From the IMG/VR virus record IMGVR_UViG_3300044712_000123: a DNA stretch of 64,000 nt. One strand, given 5' to 3'. The stretch comes from a virus. Its lineage: Duplodnaviria; Heunggongvirae; Uroviricota; Caudoviricetes. The notes under the pieces are model-generated. The model was not told where the DNA came from and searched no databases. It worked only from the letters and a program-made list of their open reading frames with translations. Each line of letters opens with the position of its first letter. Within the stretch, counting starts at the first letter, position 1. Positions 38,974-46,468 of this stretch are shown piece after piece. Made by a program: the position numbers and the translations under genes.

Positions 38974-39384
38974 TTATTCTTCGATTGCGCGGCGAAGAAT
39001 AAGTTCCTGTTTACTAAATGCTTCAATTTCCCAGGGCATACTCAAGTATGCAGTTTTCTTGCTATACTTTTTGCCAGCCCAGATTGAGACTCCGTTTTTT
39101 GTAGACTTTAGTGTACCCTTAGCCATCTGTTTAACGTGAACCATTTCGTGTGCAAGTGTCAGTCCAATCTCTTTCAGTCTGCGATTGGGCTTGATGACAA
39201 CCATGTAGCAACCCGTAGCTGCCGAAAGGTCAAGTGTAATGCCACTGTTGTCACCGCATTCGTCAGCAACACGAATGACTACTGCTTTAGTACTATTTTC
39301 GAGTTTCAGTTGTTTGAACATCGAGGGCAGGATGGCTTCAATGAACTTTTTGTTTCTGCGACTAGCTTCAACTTTGAATTCCAT
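38974..39384 (-). CDS. putative zinc metallopeptidase
   Basis: TLAHEMVHVKQ and PWEIEA motifs. Confidence 0.8.
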   Translation of the reverse strand: MEFKVEASRRNKKFIEAILPSMFKQLKLENSTKAVVIRVADECGDNSGITLDLSAATGCYMVVIKPNRRLKEIGLTLAHEMVHVKQMAKGTLKSTKNGVSIWAGKKYSKKTAYLSMPWEIEAFSKQELILRRAIEE

Positions 39385-39438
39385 TTCAGCTCCTTTAATC
39401 AATCTATGAGTCTATTATATGCCCAAAACGATTTATTG

Positions 39439-39654
39439 TCAACCATGCTTCAATGTAGTCCAAGCAGGGTGCTCTAACAATTCAAGCAATCTATTTTCAG
39501 CATCAACTCCGTTACCAAAACTCATGACGTATATAGGTCCTGGTTTAACTTGATTATACATATCGGATTCACGAAACACCCTAACGATGTAACTGTAGTG
39601 GTACACTTCAACGTACCCAAACAAGCCTCCGCTTCTCAAGTCACACATTATCAT
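39439..39654 (-). CDS. hypothetical protein
   Basis: ORF ends in the next promoter's -35 box. Confidence 0.45.
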   Translation of the reverse strand: MIMCDLRSGGLFGYVEVYHYSYIVRVFRESDMYNQVKPGPIYVMSFGNGVDAENRLLELLEHPAWTTLKHG

Positions 39655-39658
39655 AGTG

Positions 39659-40069
39659 TCACCATAAATGAGGTTCGTGAGTTGGTTCGTCTTTCAGAAT
39701 CAATACAATTTCTTGTTTCTCAGAATACACCAATCCCAACGCTTCTAATAGATCGCGGCGCTCCTCTGCAGGCTTTTTCAACCATGCATCAACGACTTCA
39801 TAAGACCCGTGAGTAGTCCCATTGACCAAATGATTCATGATCCACGATACTGTTTTCTTCAAAACAGGTACCGTGTTCGCAGGATGACTTCTGGCCATTG
39901 CTCCCATAAAATCATTTGCAAGGACTGCATTCCAAAAGCCACCGGGATGAAACCCATGGACAAGATAATTGAAAATAGGATCAGCGTAGTCTTTTGGAAC
40001 TTCGTATTGTGAGAACGTTCCCATAAATTTATTTCTACTATGTGCTGTCAATGTCACTGTCAATGTCAT
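39659..40069 (-). CDS. hypothetical phage protein (PGGFWNAVLAND)
   Basis: coupled ORF. Confidence 0.65.
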   Translation of the reverse strand: MTLTVTLTAHSRNKFMGTFSQYEVPKDYADPIFNYLVHGFHPGGFWNAVLANDFMGAMARSHPANTVPVLKKTVSWIMNHLVNGTTHGSYEVVDAWLKKPAEERRDLLEALGLVYSEKQEIVLILKDEPTHEPHLW

Positions 40070-40587
40070 ACGAACCTCGCTACTAGATTGTTTACGAATT
40101 CATCCGAGCTATCACCCAGATCGTGGTCTTCACAGAATACAGCAACATCACCGAACTTGGCAAGTTTGCGACCTGCATCATCGTTATCACATACTGAAAC
40201 AACCTTGCGGTTCAACATCATCAACCAATTACTCAAGTCTTTACCGGTGTTGTTGCTTAACACTGCGAGGGCACTAACACCTTTCGCAGTCAATCGTGCG
40301 GCATCAAAAACACCTTCAACCAAAAATACAACGTGCGGGGTCAGATGCAAACTTTCAACACCAAAGACCGCAAGAGTGGGTTGCTTTCTGTAAGTAAAGT
40401 ACTTACCTTGCTTGGGATTGTTTTGTGGCTTCTTCTCGCCTTCGGGTCTGTATTGTTGGTAGCCAACAACTTGACCACTCAAGTTGTACAGGAAGAATGT
40501 TGCAACACGCTCAACCTCGTCCACCATAGGACGATGCAACTCAAGATTGAGGTGTCTGTCTTTCAAGTGTTCGAGAACTGTTTTCAT
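40066..40587 (-). CDS. stand-alone TOPRIM (primase-like) domain protein
   Basis: FLVEGVFDA, CDNDDAG, DLGD motifs. Confidence 0.8.
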   Translation of the reverse strand: MKTVLEHLKDRHLNLELHRPMVDEVERVATFFLYNLSGQVVGYQQYRPEGEKKPQNNPKQGKYFTYRKQPTLAVFGVESLHLTPHVVFLVEGVFDAARLTAKGVSALAVLSNNTGKDLSNWLMMLNRKVVSVCDNDDAGRKLAKFGDVAVFCEDHDLGDSSDEFVNNLVARFV

Positions 40588-40838
40588 TTCAATAACTCTG
40601 CCATTAGTAATAGTTTCTCTAAGTGGTCGATTGATTTGTTGATTGCTTCAATCTGTTTTTCCAAATACGAGAACTTTTGTGTTCGTCTTGCTTCAACTTC
40701 TAGCTTGCTTAATTCACTGACCATGTTGCTAATGTTGTTTAACATTTTACGCAAGTCTGGGTTGAACGGCAAACTGTTAACTTGAGTTCTCAATTTAGAG
40801 TGTACATGTTGCCAGTCAAGTGAAGAATTTATTTGCAT
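40584..40838 (-). CDS. hypothetical helical protein
   Basis: follows promoter 40845-40873. Confidence 0.65.
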   Translation of the reverse strand: MQINSSLDWQHVHSKLRTQVNSLPFNPDLRKMLNNISNMVSELSKLEVEARRTQKFSYLEKQIEAINKSIDHLEKLLLMAELLK

Positions 40839-40877
40839 ACGCTAAGTATAACACTTTTGGGTATTTTTGTCAAGCCA

Positions 40878-40900
40878 CAAAAAAGCCCCTTTCGGGGCTT
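40878..40900 (-). terminator. intrinsic terminator
   Basis: AAGCCCC-TTTC-GGGGCTT followed by a U-tract on the minus strand. Confidence 0.8.
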
Positions 40901-40903
40901 ATG

Positions 40904-41845
40904 TTATGCGAAAATTTCTAACGCTGTCCCGCATTCAGTACAAAACTTTGCAGTAGCTTTGTTCTGTTTACCACATGTAACACACTTAGGTTTGTGCTTT
41001 GTAGTTACAGGCTTTAATACAGGCTTATTGTCTTCTGTCTCACCTAACAACTTCAATACGATAGAAAACTTCTCCGGCTCCATTGCGTTCATATAAGTTG
41101 TTTGGAAACTTTGTGTAGACTTAGAGCCTGGCACAGTGATGCCAACATCGTTCTTAGGTGCTTCCATCCAATCCATAGTAGCCATGCCATCATGTATTTC
41201 CATCTTGTTGATGATACCATTAGTAGCACAGTAATTATCAATTGACGCACTGGCTGCTTGTGCAGTTGCTTGTCCGTTCTGGCTCCAATCAACACCACGC
41301 ATTGAGCCATTGACGTTCGTAGAGTAAGAAGTACCGCTACCCTGTATCCAGCTATTGTTGATACTCTTGCTGTATTTGTCAGTGACTCCTGGATACTCAC
41401 TTGACCCAATGCTGCCACTGATGCTACCAAAGTCAAGACCTCTAAAGAGTTGATTTTTTTGCCAATCATTCAAGTTGTTGACAGAGATAGGAGGCTTCTC
41501 AAACTGAAATTCAATACGAACTAATCCGTCTTCTAGTTTGACACCTCGTGGGCCGTCTTCGATTGATTGTGTGCGTTCGATGAATTTGAAACGATTACCC
41601 TCTTTAAGATTGCCACCCTTGATACTGCGTTCAAGGTCAATCTCTTGTCCTGCATTAAGAACAAGCCCACCTGGCGTCATGTTATCACCGTCGATAAAGA
41701 CGTTGACTAGTGCTCGTTTTGTGTTGAGGTTTTTGAGTAGAAAACTGTATTCTGATCCGAAGGGGATATAAACAGTGTCTTTAAATTCGCGGAGAATTTT
41801 ACCATTGGCTTTTAGGCTGGCCACCAGCTTTGATTCATACATCAT
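40904..41845 (-). CDS. conserved phage protein with C-terminal zinc ribbon
   Basis: PFGSEYS, GITVPGS, CVTCG...FCTECG. Confidence 0.75.
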   Translation of the reverse strand: MMYESKLVASLKANGKILREFKDTVYIPFGSEYSFLLKNLNTKRALVNVFIDGDNMTPGGLVLNAGQEIDLERSIKGGNLKEGNRFKFIERTQSIEDGPRGVKLEDGLVRIEFQFEKPPISVNNLNDWQKNQLFRGLDFGSISGSIGSSEYPGVTDKYSKSINNSWIQGSGTSYSTNVNGSMRGVDWSQNGQATAQAASASIDNYCATNGIINKMEIHDGMATMDWMEAPKNDVGITVPGSKSTQSFQTTYMNAMEPEKFSIVLKLLGETEDNKPVLKPVTTKHKPKCVTCGKQNKATAKFCTECGTALEIFA

Positions 41846-41961
41846 ATTTTCCTTTTACTGCTCACAGACTAAGAGCATGTTGGTTAAAGTCTGTCGGTGA
41901 AGCCCTGTGCTTCAACAGTATTTAGTGTAACACAGGGCTTATATAAAAGAAAATTGTTTGG

Positions 41962-42480
41962 TTAGTTTGCTACAACTTTAGAAACCGAATTGATAACACT
42001 TGCGATACGACCGATATCACGAAGTTGTTCTACCGTGTAGCCCATTTTCTTCAATCCTTCGTAGTGTGCTTTCACACAGAAGTGACATTTACCAACAATG
42101 CTTGCAGCCAAACTGTATGCTTCAAATCTTTCGGCAGTTGTGCCACCGTGAGTTGCAATAGCATTCATGCGTAACTGTGCAGGCAAGCCCTTCAAGTTTT
42201 CATCATCAGCCATTTCAACGAATGGATACCAAACGTTGTTTTGCGCCATCAACGCACCTGCTGTTAATGCCGCATTTGTTTCAGTCTTGTTTTGAATTTG
42301 ACTTTCCATCCAAGTCCACAACTTACTGTTACCTGTTGCAAACGCTGCCGCTAATGCGACTGCTTCTGCTTCTTCTACAGGAAGTGTACTACGCTTGATT
42401 ACAGCGTCAATGTTTAGTTTAGTATCCTTGGCATAGTCAGGAATACTGTTCTCTTTTAATGCGTCTACCCATGTTGTCAT
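41962..42480 (-). CDS. ahpD: alkyl hydroperoxide reductase AhpD
   Basis: PDYAKD.KLN, MAQNNVWY, LRMN, CHFCVKAH; next to ahpC. Confidence 0.9.
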   Translation of the reverse strand: MTTWVDALKENSIPDYAKDTKLNIDAVIKRSTLPVEEAEAVALAAAFATGNSKLWTWMESQIQNKTETNAALTAGALMAQNNVWYPFVEMADDENLKGLPAQLRMNAIATHGGTTAERFEAYSLAASIVGKCHFCVKAHYEGLKKMGYTVEQLRDIGRIASVINSVSKVVAN

Positions 42481-42573
42481 TTTGTTTCTCCTATAGAAGG
42501 GCAATCCTTACAACCCTTCTCTTTGCAGTATTCTACATAGTCAGTAAAGTCGTACATGATTGCCCCTTCTTAA

Positions 42574-43119
42574 TTAAAGTGTATCACCACCGATTGGGCG
42601 TGAGCATGGGCACAACTCGCCAGTTTGCAATGCGTCAAGTACACGCAACGCTTCGTCTGGGTTACGACCAACGTCCAAGTTGTTCACAGTAACGTGTTGA
42701 ATAACGTTCTCTGGGTCAACAATGAATGTTGCACGAAGTGCTGCGCCTGCGGGACCATAGAAGATACCAAGTTGCTGAGCCAATGACATTTCATCACGTG
42801 CTACGTCTGCGAACGACCATGAATTTGTCTTCTTCAAGTCTTCATGTGCATTACGCCATGCCAACTTACAGAACTCATTGTCAGTAGAACCGATCAATAG
42901 AACTGCATCACGATCAGCAAAGTCACCGTTCAACTTGTCATATGCTACGATTTCAGTTGGGCACACGAATGTGAAGTCCTTTGGATAGAACACGATTACT
43001 TTCCATTTGCCTTCGAAACTTTTTTCTGTAATAGTTTCAAATGCTCCTTCTGGTGTGAGTGCTCCTGGCTTAACGCCTGTAACTGCAAAACTTGTGATTT
43101 TATCGCCGATTGTTTTCAT
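42574..43119 (-). CDS. ahpC: peroxiredoxin AhpC
   Basis: FYPKDFTFVCPTE, RATFIVDP, GRN, LCPC. Confidence 0.95.
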   Translation of the reverse strand: MKTIGDKITSFAVTGVKPGALTPEGAFETITEKSFEGKWKVIVFYPKDFTFVCPTEIVAYDKLNGDFADRDAVLLIGSTDNEFCKLAWRNAHEDLKKTNSWSFADVARDEMSLAQQLGIFYGPAGAALRATFIVDPENVIQHVTVNNLDVGRNPDEALRVLDALQTGELCPCSRPIGGDTL

Positions 43120-43143
43120 TTTATTTCCTTTTAAGTTAATGAA

Positions 43144-43509
43144 TTATTTTCTCTGTGCTCTACAATTAGGGCATATCAACTGTAGATTGTCTTCCTTAGT
43201 ATTGTAACTGTCTCCATCACTGTAAGTTACATCGAGTGGAATGTCTTTCCCATTGTGATGTTCGTTATTACAAACTTCACATTTATGACCTCTCTCTTTA
43301 ATCAAGTACTGTTTAATCCAATCAGGGATTTTAGCCCAGGCTTGTGGCTCTTTGCCCTCTTTCCATTCTTGTACCTTCTCAAACATCTTGTTTCTCCGTT
43401 GATGTTCTTGTTGGCAACTATTATTACAGTACTTGTTAGTGTAAGAGTGACCTTTGATCGGATTGACCTTGCCACAACTCAAACAAGTAAAACAACCTAA
43501 ATTTGACAT
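43144..43509 (-). CDS. HNH-fold zinc protein with substituted catalytic residues
   Basis: CxxC motifs; PLDVTYSDGDSYN...NLQLICPNCR, where active HNH nucleases have DH.DG...CPNCH. Confidence 0.7.
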   Translation of the reverse strand: MSNLGCFTCLSCGKVNPIKGHSYTNKYCNNSCQQEHQRRNKMFEKVQEWKEGKEPQAWAKIPDWIKQYLIKERGHKCEVCNNEHHNGKDIPLDVTYSDGDSYNTKEDNLQLICPNCRAQRK

Positions 43510-43600
43510 TTCTTCTTTCTTAATAGAGCATCATTGTAGAGCACTATGTACTTTTATTTAGTGCTCTATGTTCTCTATTATATACTACTATTTTGCATTT

Positions 43601-44212
43601 TCAATCGTTTTGGTCATCCTCGTCATCGTCGGACCAGTCGTCATAATCAATTGCATCCAAATCGATATCGCTGGTCCCTTGATACTTTGGGTCGTCATAC
43701 ATCCTATAGTATCCTTCATTAGGCATAAGTTTTCTAAAGTCTGTATCTGTCAGCATTAGTGCGAGGTAAGTTACATCGCTTGCATTGTGGATATCAGTTA
43801 CGTAGTACGTAGTTGTACATGCGCCACCTATACTTTTGATAGGACCATGTTTGATTTTCTTTTCTTTGAGCAACTCACGCAGTTTGTTTCCTCCCCAACC
43901 ACTGATAGTTACACGGGTAATGCCTTTCTTGGCATTGTTCAATCGGACCTTATCGTGGGTCGTGAGTTCTGAGATTGTTGCGTTGTTCTCATCGTCAATC
44001 GTAAGGAGTGATTCCTTGATTTTGATAGAGCCTTTTGTCGCAGGATTGTCGGGAGTTTCTTTGGTATCCCAGGGAAGTTTACAGTGAACATGATTCACGT
44101 AAAATGATTCACCATGTGTTTTTAAGACCCACATAGGTATGGTCTGATCTTGCAAATGTCCCTTGTTGAAGTGGAACACTATGTCCTTACATGCGTATTC
44201 AATCTATGCCAT
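43601..44212 (-). CDS. phage protein with in-frame amber codon at codon 3 (predicted read-through)
   Basis: AAAGGAG-N8-ATG GCA TAG ATT GAA TAC GCA TGT AAG GAC ATA GTG TTC..., in frame with ORF 43601-44179, whose GTG has only a weak, closely spaced AAGGA. Confidence 0.75.
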
Positions 44213-44247
44213 TTTGATTTCTCCTTTGTTAATAGCAATTTTATTTA

Positions 44248-44526
44248 TTAGAAATTTGCTTCTTCTAATTCTTCGTCAGTTAGACTCTCATACCGTAGTT
44301 GAACTCTACCATCATACTTGAGCAACAACCATGTTAGTTCTTCATCGGTATGTGTGTTCAAGTAAATCTTGTGTCGGTCAGTTAATATTCCATAACCAGT
44401 AGTCGCATCGCACCAGCCACTATCACCCTGTTCATAAGGAGACTCTAGATCATAATCTACACCAGAGTTGTTGATCCATTCAACATCATCTTGGGTGTAA
44501 GGTGGGGGCAAGTACCAAGTTTTCAT
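44248..44526 (-). CDS. hypothetical protein
   Basis: between the tRNA and the amber-containing gene; ELTWLLLKY motif. Confidence 0.6.
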   Translation of the reverse strand: MKTWYLPPPYTQDDVEWINNSGVDYDLESPYEQGDSGWCDATTGYGILTDRHKIYLNTHTDEELTWLLLKYDGRVQLRYESLTDEELEEANF

Positions 44527-44538
44527 ATTTACAAATTA

Positions 44539-44613
44539 TGGTGCGCTAGACGGGAATCGAACCCGTGATTCAGAGTTTTAGAGGCTCCTGCTATGCCACT
44601 TAGCTACTAGCGC
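44539..44613 (-). tRNA. amber suppressor tRNA (anticodon CUA), CCA encoded
   Basis: GCGCTAG acceptor stem, GCTA/TAGC D-stem, anticodon arm GGAGC-CT[CTA]AA-ACTCT, T-arm ACGGG-TTCGATT-CCCGT, ends ACCA; promoter TTTACA-N17-TATAAT at 44626-44654. Confidence 0.88.
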
Positions 44614-44633
44614 AGTATGAGAGTTATTATACA

Positions 44634-44664
44634 CAAAAAGAAAGGCTCTGTAAAGAGCCTTTCT
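44634..44664 (-). terminator. intrinsic terminator overlapping the tRNA promoter -35 box
   Basis: AGAAAGGCTCT-N4-AGAGCCTTTCT followed by a U-tract on the minus strand. Confidence 0.75.
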
Positions 44665-44681
44665 ACCCAATTCAGATAGAA

Positions 44682-45134
44682 TTAGAATGTATACTTCAAG
44701 CCTGCAGTAACAGTGTTACCATCAGAATCCTGAACACGCTTCTGACCATACTGACGAGCCGTATCCAAAGTGAAAGCAACTTGCTTAGTCAATGGAAGGG
44801 TTGCGCCAACACCGACAGCCAATGCATAGCCATCACTAGTAGTTTGGTTATTCAAGTATGCGACTGCAACTTTGGGAGTCACAGTGACAGGGCCGAACTT
44901 AGCAATGTCGTAGCCAGCAGTAACGCTGTAACGGTCTTGATCGTTAGCACCCTTAGTGAAACGTTCGAAGCCACCTGTAACGCTAACCTTGCCATATGAT
45001 TGACCAACCGCGATACCGAAGCCTTGACGGGCAGTTGGTGCGCTATAGTCAGTTGTTGATGTTACGCCAACTTCCAAAGCTGATGCTGAGAATGCGGCGA
45101 CTGCTAAGATTGATGCGATTGCAAATTTTTTCAT
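44682..45134 (-). CDS. outer-membrane beta-barrel protein (OmpA-TM/Ail-like)
   Basis: Sec signal peptide MKKFAIASILAVAAFSASA, alternating beta-strands, C-terminal beta-signal AGLKYTF. Confidence 0.82.
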   Translation of the reverse strand: MKKFAIASILAVAAFSASALEVGVTSTTDYSAPTARQGFGIAVGQSYGKVSVTGGFERFTKGANDQDRYSVTAGYDIAKFGPVTVTPKVAVAYLNNQTTSDGYALAVGVGATLPLTKQVAFTLDTARQYGQKRVQDSDGNTVTAGLKYTF

Positions 45135-45204
45135 TTAGTTTTCCTTTAAAAAATGCTTCTTTCGAAACATGAACTATTATATATCACTCGAAAAGTACAT
45201 GCAA

Positions 45205-45230
45205 TAAAAAAGGCTACCGAAGTAGCCTTT
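45205..45230 (-). terminator. intrinsic terminator after tmRNA
   Basis: AAAGGCTAC-CGAA-GTAGCCTTT followed by a U-tract on the minus strand. Confidence 0.8.
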
Positions 45231-45231
45231 A

Positions 45232-45525
45232 GTGAGTTTCTGTTACGAGGTATTTCTTACCCTAGCGGCCTTTATCAGGCTGCAATGCGGAAACTTTCGT
45301 CATTTGCATTTAAGTTTTTTGCGTCTACGACCGGGTCACCCCAATCCTACGGGTTCTGCTTTCCCGAGCTGTCCACTCTGTTACTCTTTGCCCTGTCGAA
45401 ACCATTTCATCCCCAACAACAACACACTATTTCTAATATGCTCTTGGTGGAGATGGGGGCTTCGAAGCCCCGTCCAAGACTCATTTCTCGTTGTATCTTT
45501 CCTTTCGGACTTTACAGCAATATTC
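45232..45525 (-). ncRNA. ssrA: tmRNA, circularly permuted two-piece gene; tag ANDESFRIAA
   Basis: acceptor piece ends ...GGAC-GGGGC-TTCGAA-GCCCC-CATCTCC-ACCA (45445); 30-nt spacer; coding piece starts GGGGATG (45414) giving G3.U70; tag ORF 45307-45278 then TGA TAA; outer ends approximate. Confidence 0.9.
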
Positions 45526-46158
45526 TTATTTAATCAATCTACGCTTTTGTAAATTCAATTCTGCTATTTTAGCATCGTCTGGCTTTAGATAGTAATTCTT
45601 CTCACCATCGTTATACCAGTGTCTACCAAAGGCATTGTTGTTTTTATTCTTGCGTAGTTGACTCCATTCAGTTGTTGTGATCCAACCTTCCGGGATTTGT
45701 TCTTTATTATACTTCTTGCGTGATGACAAGTCAACCGCATCTTTTACCACACACCAAACTTTTCCAAATTGAGAATTGTTTTCTTTCTGTTGGTGCTGTC
45801 TTTCGGCAAAGGTCTTCTTACGCTTTTCCATTGCGGATTCACTATTGGCTAAAGCACACACCTTCTTTTGATGTTCTTCATTCACGGCAAAATTGTGTTC
45901 AGTGCGGATACCAGTGAATGGATTAGGGTGTAATTGATGGCGCAACTTTGCCGCTTCTCGTTGTCTTATTCTTACCAATTCTTCTTTTGGGCTTAACTTT
46001 GCTAACCCGTGCCACGCAACATAATCTTGCCAACGACCATATTCTTCGTATAACTTGCGATGTGCTTCTGCGTGGTCATCAACAGACAATTCTACAAGAT
46101 TACTCGGATCGTCTGTTCCGCCTGCGTGTTTAGGAATAATGTGATGTTTGTGGCTCAT
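45526..46158 (-). CDS. HNH homing endonuclease
   Basis: HKHHIIPKHAGGTDDPSNLVELSVDDHAEAH; C-terminal NSQFGKVW and GRHWYNDG repeats; TATAAATA at 46164-46171. Confidence 0.85.
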   Translation of the reverse strand: MSHKHHIIPKHAGGTDDPSNLVELSVDDHAEAHRKLYEEYGRWQDYVAWHGLAKLSPKEELVRIRQREAAKLRHQLHPNPFTGIRTEHNFAVNEEHQKKVCALANSESAMEKRKKTFAERQHQQKENNSQFGKVWCVVKDAVDLSSRKKYNKEQIPEGWITTTEWSQLRKNKNNNAFGRHWYNDGEKNYYLKPDDAKIAELNLQKRRLIK

Positions 46159-46207
46159 ACAAGTATTTATACCTGTCGAACCAAAGTCCAGCATTTACTG
46201 AATCTTA

Positions 46208-46468
46208 TTAAACTCCAAAATGTTGTTTAATCTGATTGGATTTAGTTTCCACTGCCACTTGCCAACCTGTGTCAAAATATTCATCCTTGGACAAACTATA
46301 CATTATAGTAGTGCCTAGTGGACGAGGGTTATTATTTTCCACAATACTCAAACATTCTCTCACAATCAATTCGGCGAACTTTTCCAACAACACAATTTGT
46401 TTTGTGTTAGTCAAATAATCTACGCTAATACCAACTTCTGTGGCAAGTTCTCGAATTCGTTCGTTCAT
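46208..46468 (-). CDS. MNE...KFAELIV family protein
   Basis: MNERIRELA...EKFAELIVREC...IKQHFGV. Confidence 0.75.
   Translation of the reverse strand: MNERIRELATEVGISVDYLTNTKQIVLLEKFAELIVRECLSIVENNNPRPLGTTIMYSLSKDEYFDTGWQVAVETKSNQIKQHFGV

Noticed and set aside
43601-44179. GTG at 44179 as the true start (as in the ORF track)
   Set aside because: Only a weak, closely spaced AAGGA precedes it, whereas the in-frame ATG at 44212 has a well-spaced AAAGGAG. Considered less likely but not excluded.
44571-44590. Reading the tRNA as tRNA-Arg(UCU)
   Set aside because: That register puts C at position 33 and breaks the anticodon stem; the CUA register keeps U33, A37 and four stem pairs.
46172-46190. 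TGGTTCGACAGG upstream of the HNH gene, resembling the tmRNA 5' segment TGGTTTCGACAGG
   Set aside because: Only about 12 nt with an indel, and no acceptor stem; cannot be separated from chance, so not called an attachment site or duplication.
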